DNA of 12,223 nt from Thainema sp. (GTDB lineage: Bacteria; Cyanobacteriota; Cyanobacteriia; Phormidesmidales; Phormidesmidaceae): positions 1 through 12,223 of the forward strand of contig JBQLZK010000116.1 in the NCBI GenBank assembly GCA_052168235.1. Reading direction: 5' to 3'. Within the stretch, counting starts at the first letter, position 1. Each line of letters begins with the position of its first letter. Positions 6,801-12,223 of this stretch are shown here, piece after piece. The notes beneath the pieces are model-generated. The model did no database searches and had not been told where the DNA came from. It worked only from the letters and a program-made list of their open reading frames with translations. Position numbers and translations under genes: made by a program.

Positions 6801-6845
6801 TCTTTTTGATGAAAAGCTTGCGCCACAAGCTTTTCATCAAAAAGA
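6801..6845. terminator. Perfect 20-bp inverted repeat between convergent genes; probable bidirectional terminator
   Basis: TCTTTTTGATGAAAAGCTTG-CGCCA-CAAGCTTTTCATCAAAAAGA, located 17 bp past the stop of the minus-strand lipoprotein gene. Confidence 0.7.
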
Positions 6846-6862
6846 GCTGGGTCTGATCAGTG

Positions 6863-7507
6863 TTACAGCAACACGTCTTCGCCGCGATCGGTGAATTCCA
6901 CTGCATTAATTTGCCAGCGCGAATCACTAGTCAAGGTTTTCTCAATGCCGCCAAACAGCGCTAGCTTTTCACAGGAAGACAGTGATTCAAGTTGGCGGGT
7001 GGAATCCGGCGACACGCGGAAGTCAACGGTGACCAATCCGCTAGTTTGGTTGTGGTTGACGCTATAGCCCTCTAGGTTAAAGCTCGGGATATTTTGGTCA
7101 GCAATCAGTTGCCCCACAACATCGTCAATGGGAGCATTCGCCGCCGCTTGAGACTCATGCGGCACCAGATTCTCACAGCTCTGATCGGCCTCGTACAAGG
7201 TAACAGCAACAGTTTCGCCATCCGTCACGCTGCCCATCTCACTGTTAATCGAGCGGGTAGTACCTTGGGACTGATCGTCCACCTGATTGGCTGGATCACC
7301 AAAATTCTTCAGCTCATCGGCGGGCTTATCGGTTGTAGAGCCAGCCTCTTCTGCTTCTTCTGCTGGAGCGGAATCGGTCTGTTCTGCTGCCGGGGCGGTG
7401 TCCGCTGCCGGGTCTGGGGCAGAATCATCAGATCTGCTGCCGCATCCCGCTAGAACAATCAACAGTGCGGCCAGAACGATACGCTTAAAACCAATGGAAG
7501 TTTTCAT
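6863..7507 (-). CDS. Lipoprotein with acidic linker and C-terminal GerMN-like (sporulation/spore germination) domain
   Basis: Signal peptide with lipobox LAG-C (Cys22), Asp/Ala/Pro/Glu-rich linker, then VTLYEADQSCENLVP...VTVDFRVSPDS.RQLESLSSCEKLALFGGIEKTLT...WQINAVEFT. Confidence 0.8.
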   Translation of the reverse strand: MKTSIGFKRIVLAALLIVLAGCGSRSDDSAPDPAADTAPAAEQTDSAPAEEAEEAGSTTDKPADELKNFGDPANQVDDQSQGTTRSINSEMGSVTDGETVAVTLYEADQSCENLVPHESQAAANAPIDDVVGQLIADQNIPSFNLEGYSVNHNQTSGLVTVDFRVSPDSTRQLESLSSCEKLALFGGIEKTLTSDSRWQINAVEFTDRGEDVLL

Positions 7508-7795
7508 AGTCTAGATAATTGATTTGGGTAATGGTATCTGAGCAGTGATTTTAGGTTGTGTGGGGTGAAGCCCGTACAACTGCAATCGCCACCTTTTGAG
7601 GATTGCCCTGATTTTGAACTGGATTCCGTGAGATTCCGAGCTAATAGTGTCGGTCTGTTGTCGTTTGCGAAGTCAGTTGTTGCGAACCTTAATATTTGCC
7701 TCAGAGGAAAAATAAAGGAGTAAGGACCACAGCTAGTCCTAACCGCTTCTAAGTTCTCCAGATTGACCTAACGCACCCCCACGAACTCCCCCCCA

Positions 7796-10123
7796 CTAGC
7801 TCATCACAGATACATCATCTAAAACGTGGCGCAGCGTTGTGAGCAGAGTTTCAGTTGTGTAGGGTTTGGCTAAAAACGCCTTCACGGTCGGACTTGCGAT
7901 CGCAGCACTTTGCTGATTCGCTGACAGGCCGCTCATCGCCACAATCTTGACATCCGGATTAATTTGGGTCAGAGTGCGAATCGTCGTCAGTCCATCCATC
8001 ATCGGCATCATCATGTCAACAAGCACCACCTGAATTCGATGCTGATATTCGGCATAAAGTGCGATCGCTTCTACTCCGTCTTGAGCCGTCACTACTTGAT
8101 AATTATGAGTTTCCAGGGTGGCCATTGCCATCTGGCGCAGTGCCGCTTCATCATCTGCCACGAGCACCAGCTCTCCATGCCCCTGACCCTGGCCGTCTAC
8201 GTCGGCCTGGTTGGATGAAGATTTATCGGCTGGCGTGGCGGGTAAGTAAATCTTAAATTCGGTGCCGTGTCCTGGCTCACTGTATACGTCAATGAAGCCG
8301 CCGTGATTTTTGACAATGCCCAAAGCCGTGGATAATCCTAATCCCGTTCCTTTACCCAGCCGCTTGGTGGTGTAAAACGGCTCAAAAATCCGATCAATAT
8401 GATTGGCCGGAATGCCGATGCCTTCATCTGCTACGCAAATTTGCACGTAGGCTTCCACCCGCGCATCCAGGTGCATGCGGGCATAGTATTCATCTGCGAT
8501 GAAATTTTGGGCCGTAATACGCAGCATGCCTCCCATCGGCATTGCGTCCCGCGCATTGACGCAGAGATTCATTAACACCTGATGGATTTGGGTGGCATCG
8601 GCCAGAATCGGCCACAGGTCATCCGCTGCCGTGTTAGTAGCAACGTCGGTTTCAATATCGATGGAGCGGGGAAAGGTTTCGCGGGCAATCTGCTCCACTT
8701 CGGCAATTAAATGGCGGGCTTGAATCAGCGATCGCTCTCCCTCAATCCCGCGCGAAAATGACAGCACTTGCTTAACCAAATCAGCTCCCCGCCGGGTGCT
8801 AGTTTCAATTGTTTTCAGCCAGCGCTGCGCCTGCGGGTCGTCGGCAAACTTGCGCTGGAGCAGCTGGATCGACATCAAAATAGGAGCCAGCACGTTGTTC
8901 AGGTCATGGGCGATGCCGCTAGCCAGAGTACCGATGCTTTCCAAGCGCTGCGCCCGCAGGAACTGCGCTTCTAGCTGTTTCCTTTCGGTAATGTCAGTGT
9001 TGACCACCAGAAAGGAATGGGGCTGACCGTTGCTGTCGCGCACCAGCGTCCAGCGGCTTTCCACAATCACGCGGGTGTGCTCTTGAGTTAAATGCTCCAG
9101 TTCACCCTGCCAGGTACCTTTTTCCAGCAGTTCCTGGCGAATTTCGAGATAGGGTTGATCGCCCTCAGGGTAGAGAAACTGGCCAATCGGCTGATCAACA
9201 ACTTGGCTACTGCTCCAGCCGTACAGCCGTTCCGCCCCTTTGCTCCAAAACTGGATGCGATGATCTAAATCCTGCACCAGAATCGCGTCGGTTGAAATGT
9301 CAATCAGAGCAGCCTGCTGACGTAGTTTTTCCTCCGTGCGCTTTTGTTCGGTGACATCATTTTGAATGCCAAGATAGTACAGCAACTCTCCCTGATCGGA
9401 AAAAATGGGGGACAGCTTCAGGTTATTCCAAAAGAGCTGGCCGTCTTTGCGGTAGTTCAGCAGGGTGGCGTTGATCGGCTTTTTTTCGTCTATACTCAGG
9501 CGCATCAGTTCAACCGTTGAGGAACTGGAGTGTTGTCCCTGTAAGAAGCGGCAGTTTTTGCCAACCACTTCCGCAGCGCTGTAGCCCGTAATCTCCGAAA
9601 AAGCTGGGTTGGTGTAGATAATTGGATTATCCGGCTGATTGGGATCGGTAATGATAATTCCCTCAGCCGAGGCGGCAACCGCCTGAGCCAGCATTAAGTT
9701 CGCATTAGCCGCTCGCCGCAGATCTTCCGCTACTCGTTTGCGCTCAATTGCGTAGCGGATCGAGCGAATCAGCAAATCTCCGGTGAATTGGCCCTTGACT
9801 AGGTAGTCCTGTGCACCCATCTGCATAGACTGGAGGGCGATATCCTCATCGTCCATTCCGGTTAAGACCAAAATGGGCAGGCTGCGATCGAGGGCTTGCA
9901 CCTGTTCGAGGGTTTGAATGCCGTGACTGTCGGGTAGGGATAAGTCCAGCAGCACAATATCCGTGTTGGGATGAGTCTGAATCTGAGTCAATCCCTGCTT
10001 GAGGGTAGTGGCGGTGACCAGATTAATCTGCACGGACGGAATTTCCAGCAGGTATTCCCGCAGGAGCCGAGCATCGCCAGGGTTATCTTCAATGAGTAGA
10101 GCGGTAATGATTGAACTCACCAT
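7796..10123 (-). CDS. Hybrid sensor histidine kinase REC-LOV-PAS-HisKA-HATPase-REC (blue-light LOV photoreceptor)
   Basis: N-terminal REC (LIEDN, LLDLSLPD, DYLVK). LOV: DNPIIYTNPAF, GKNCRFLQG, NYRKDG, GIQND. Second PAS. H-box GIAHDLNN, N-box QVLMNLCVNARDAM, DEGIGI, GKGTGLGL. C-terminal REC (DMMMP, LAKP). Confidence 0.95.
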   Translation of the reverse strand: MVSSIITALLIEDNPGDARLLREYLLEIPSVQINLVTATTLKQGLTQIQTHPNTDIVLLDLSLPDSHGIQTLEQVQALDRSLPILVLTGMDDEDIALQSMQMGAQDYLVKGQFTGDLLIRSIRYAIERKRVAEDLRRAANANLMLAQAVAASAEGIIITDPNQPDNPIIYTNPAFSEITGYSAAEVVGKNCRFLQGQHSSSSTVELMRLSIDEKKPINATLLNYRKDGQLFWNNLKLSPIFSDQGELLYYLGIQNDVTEQKRTEEKLRQQAALIDISTDAILVQDLDHRIQFWSKGAERLYGWSSSQVVDQPIGQFLYPEGDQPYLEIRQELLEKGTWQGELEHLTQEHTRVIVESRWTLVRDSNGQPHSFLVVNTDITERKQLEAQFLRAQRLESIGTLASGIAHDLNNVLAPILMSIQLLQRKFADDPQAQRWLKTIETSTRRGADLVKQVLSFSRGIEGERSLIQARHLIAEVEQIARETFPRSIDIETDVATNTAADDLWPILADATQIHQVLMNLCVNARDAMPMGGMLRITAQNFIADEYYARMHLDARVEAYVQICVADEGIGIPANHIDRIFEPFYTTKRLGKGTGLGLSTALGIVKNHGGFIDVYSEPGHGTEFKIYLPATPADKSSSNQADVDGQGQGHGELVLVADDEAALRQMAMATLETHNYQVVTAQDGVEAIALYAEYQHRIQVVLVDMMMPMMDGLTTIRTLTQINPDVKIVAMSGLSANQQSAAIASPTVKAFLAKPYTTETLLTTLRHVLDDVSVMS

Positions 10124-10578
10124 GAGTCAGCCTCCCGCGGTAAACGAACGGTCATCAACCAGAAGTTTTCAATACTGCGCACAATTTTGAGAAATTCGTC
10201 GAGTTCAACAGGTTTGGTGATGTAGCAGTTGCCGTGTAGTTGATAAACCCGAGCAATATCATCTTCGGCTTGGGACATACTCAATACGACAACGGGAATT
10301 TGCTTGAGATGATCGTGGGCTTTGATTTCGGCCAAGACTTCCCGACCGTCTTTACGCGGTAGATTGAGGTCGAGCAGGATCAAATCGGGCTGAGGTGCAT
10401 GGGTATAGGGATCTTTGTGATGCAGAAAGGCAAGGGCTTCAACGCCATCAGCCACAACATGGAGCCGATTTGCGATCGCACTGTGCCGCAGCGCTTCTTG
10501 CGTGAGTCGGGCGTCTCCTGGGCTATCTTCTACCAGCAAGATGTCAATGGGAGGTTCCGTCTTGCGGTTGTAGCTCAT
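10117..10578 (-). CDS. Single-domain response regulator, Rcp1/RcpA-type (phytochrome-associated)
   Basis: ILLVEDSPGD, PDLILLDLNLPRKDGREVL, NCYITKP and C-terminal IENFWL..V.LP. Overlaps the upstream kinase by ATGA (10575-10578) and the downstream kinase by 7 bp. Confidence 0.93.
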   Translation of the reverse strand: MSYNRKTEPPIDILLVEDSPGDARLTQEALRHSAIANRLHVVADGVEALAFLHHKDPYTHAPQPDLILLDLNLPRKDGREVLAEIKAHDHLKQIPVVVLSMSQAEDDIARVYQLHGNCYITKPVELDEFLKIVRSIENFWLMTVRLPREADSW

Positions 10579-12223
10579 GACTGTTCCATCTCCTGTACCG
10601 GCAGGGTAAAGTGAAAAACGGTACCAACGCCCGGTTCAGAGTCCACCCAAATCCGGCCCTGATGCCGTTCGACGATCTTTTTACAGAGGGCTAGCCCAAT
10701 GCCCGTACCGGGATATTCGGTACGCGGGTGTAATCGCTGGAAGATCAGAAAAATGCGATCGCGATACTCGGGATCAATACCAATTCCATTATCTTCCACT
10801 TGGAACTCATAACCAGTATCAGTGGGCTGAACCGAAATCCGGATCTGCGGCTGTTCGTGGCTAAATTTGATGGCATTGCTAATCAAGTTTTGAAAGAGCT
10901 GAACCAGCTGAGTGGCATCTGCTACCAGGATAGGTAATGGCTCAATCATAATCTGAGCTTGTCGAGTTTCGATAGCGGACTGCAAGTTCGCAATGGCCTG
11001 TTGTACCACCTCGTTACAGTCCGTCACGCGGAAGGCATGGCCACGGGTACCGACCCGCGAATAGCTGAGCAGATCGCGAATCAGCGACTGCATCCGCTTG
11101 GCCCCGTCTACAGCGTAGCCAATAAACTCGTCGGCATCCTCATCCAATTGGCCCTGATAGCGGCGGGCAATCAGTTGCAGATAGCTCACTACCATCCGCA
11201 GCGGTTCTTGCAGGTCATGGGAGGCGACGTAGGCAAACTGTTCTAGATCCGCATTGGAACGAGCCAGTTCTTGACGCTGCTGCGTTTCCTGCTGGAGCAG
11301 TCTGGCTTGGGCCAGGGCAATGCCAATTTGCACCGCCACTTGCTCTAGCAGTTCCACCTCAAAAGCGTTCCACTGGCGAGTATGCGAACACTGGTGAGCA
11401 ATTAATAGTCCCCAGAGCTGTTGATTTTGCAGAATGGGCATCACCAGCTTGGACTGAATTTGAAACTGCTCCATAAAGTGAGTTAAACATTTACCATCCG
11501 GTAGTTGTGGTAAATCTTGCCGGGTATAAACCCGACCGTGGCGGTGCTGATCCAAATAGTGCTCATCCAGACAGCGATCGGTGACATGAATGCCCAGCAT
11601 GGACGGAAAGTCAGCCGCAAGCGCTTCTTTGCGAACGCTGCCCGAACCATCTGCTGCCACTTGAAAAACGAGAACGCGATCGGCCTGAAAGATTTTCTGT
11701 ACCTCGTCCACGCTAGTTTGCAGAATGTCGTCAATCTGGAGCGACTGGCGAATCTTGAGACTGATCTCAGCAAACAGTTGCGATCGCAGATGCTGCTGCT
11801 GGAGTTGGGCTTCAGCCTGCTGTCGTTCCAGCTCCGATCCGGCACGGGCGGCAAAGATTTGAATAATTTCCTTCAGGTACTGCACCTGCTGGGTTTGATC
11901 CAGGGGATGACGCCCAAACACGGCCATCAGGCCCAGAATCTGACCATTGGCCGCAAACAGCGGGACGCCAATGTAGGCATCAACGTCCATCTCCACCAGC
12001 TTGGCATCGGTGGGAAACTGCGATCGCAGATCCTGGGCATACACCTGCATCTGCTGGGTCTCGATCACCTGCTGGCAGGGAGTTGCCTCCAGGTCATAGG
12101 CGCGATTGGTGAGGACGTGGTCTTGGCCGTAGAAGGCGATGGTTTGGAGTTGGTGGTAGTGGGGGGAGGGGTCGGTTGAGGGGGGAGGGTTGAGGGCGGA
12201 ACTGGGGGCAGGGGAAGAGGGGG
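10575..12223 (-). CDS. Multi-GAF sensor histidine kinase with cyanobacteriochrome-type GAF and Cph1-type transmitter (5' end outside window)
   Basis: The frame stays open beyond the ORF-track GTG at 12068 to the window edge (...HQLQTIAFYGQDHVLTNRAYDLEATPCQQVIET, the first half of GAF1). GAF2 has ADRV, TDRCL, KCLTHF, LWGLLIAHQC and RQW. Kinase has EQFAYVASHDLQEPLR, QNLISNAIKF, DNGIGI, IFQRLH and GTGIGL. Confidence 0.93.
   Translation of the reverse strand, partial: PSSPAPSSALNPPPSTDPSPHYHQLQTIAFYGQDHVLTNRAYDLEATPCQQVIETQQMQVYAQDLRSQFPTDAKLVEMDVDAYIGVPLFAANGQILGLMAVFGRHPLDQTQQVQYLKEIIQIFAARAGSELERQQAEAQLQQQHLRSQLFAEISLKIRQSLQIDDILQTSVDEVQKIFQADRVLVFQVAADGSGSVRKEALAADFPSMLGIHVTDRCLDEHYLDQHRHGRVYTRQDLPQLPDGKCLTHFMEQFQIQSKLVMPILQNQQLWGLLIAHQCSHTRQWNAFEVELLEQVAVQIGIALAQARLLQQETQQRQELARSNADLEQFAYVASHDLQEPLRMVVSYLQLIARRYQGQLDEDADEFIGYAVDGAKRMQSLIRDLLSYSRVGTRGHAFRVTDCNEVVQQAIANLQSAIETRQAQIMIEPLPILVADATQLVQLFQNLISNAIKFSHEQPQIRISVQPTDTGYEFQVEDNGIGIDPEYRDRIFLIFQRLHPRTEYPGTGIGLALCKKIVERHQGRIWVDSEPGVGTVFHFTLPVQEMEQS

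Noticed and set aside
6602..6927. Two short minus-strand ORFs across the convergent intergenic region
   Set aside because: They span the terminator hairpin and overlap real genes, with no coding signal.
7094..7514. Plus-strand ORFs of 119 and 75 aa
   Set aside because: Antisense to the well-supported lipoprotein gene.
7508..7795. Riboswitch (e.g. c-di-AMP) upstream of the lipoprotein gene
   Set aside because: The GGGGTGAA resemblance is on the wrong strand and other consensus elements are missing. Short direct repeats (GATTCCG x2, TTGCGAA x2) could be chance.
11517..12179. 220-aa plus-strand ORF
   Set aside because: Antisense shadow of the GAF kinase with no recognisable motifs.
10575..12223. 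Calling the kinase cph1 (canonical phytochrome)
   Set aside because: The transmitter is Cph1-like, but no PAS-GAF-PHY module, DIP or PRxSF motif is visible. The sensor is CBCR-type.

Overview
Cyanobacterial chromosomal window (at least 15 HIP1 octamers GCGATCGC in 12.2 kb). From left to right it holds a cyanuric-acid-hydrolase-family (AtzD-like) gene, then a co-oriented minus-strand pair (C45/Ntn-hydrolase plus a tandem-DUF1400 protein), a peptidoglycan-binding protein, a ~900 bp accessory patch, a GNAT acetyltransferase and a GerMN-type lipoprotein. It ends in a translationally coupled light-sensing operon: GAF + cyanobacteriochrome-GAF histidine kinase (running off the window), an Rcp1-type response regulator, and a REC-LOV-PAS hybrid kinase. 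The accessory patch and the 4.5 kb intergenic region contain three ~90-100 bp miniature elements that each carry a long central hairpin, plus three gene relics (DUF2283, an Asn/Gly-rich C-terminal fragment, Uma2). The best candidates for novelty are (i) a bilin-binding GAF mixing DXCF-type and RcaE/CcaS-type signature residues, upstream of a LOV kinase, (ii) the hairpin-cargo MITEs, and (iii) the C45 + hydrolase-less double DUF1400/CxC pair. All family calls are from motif recognition by eye, not database searches.
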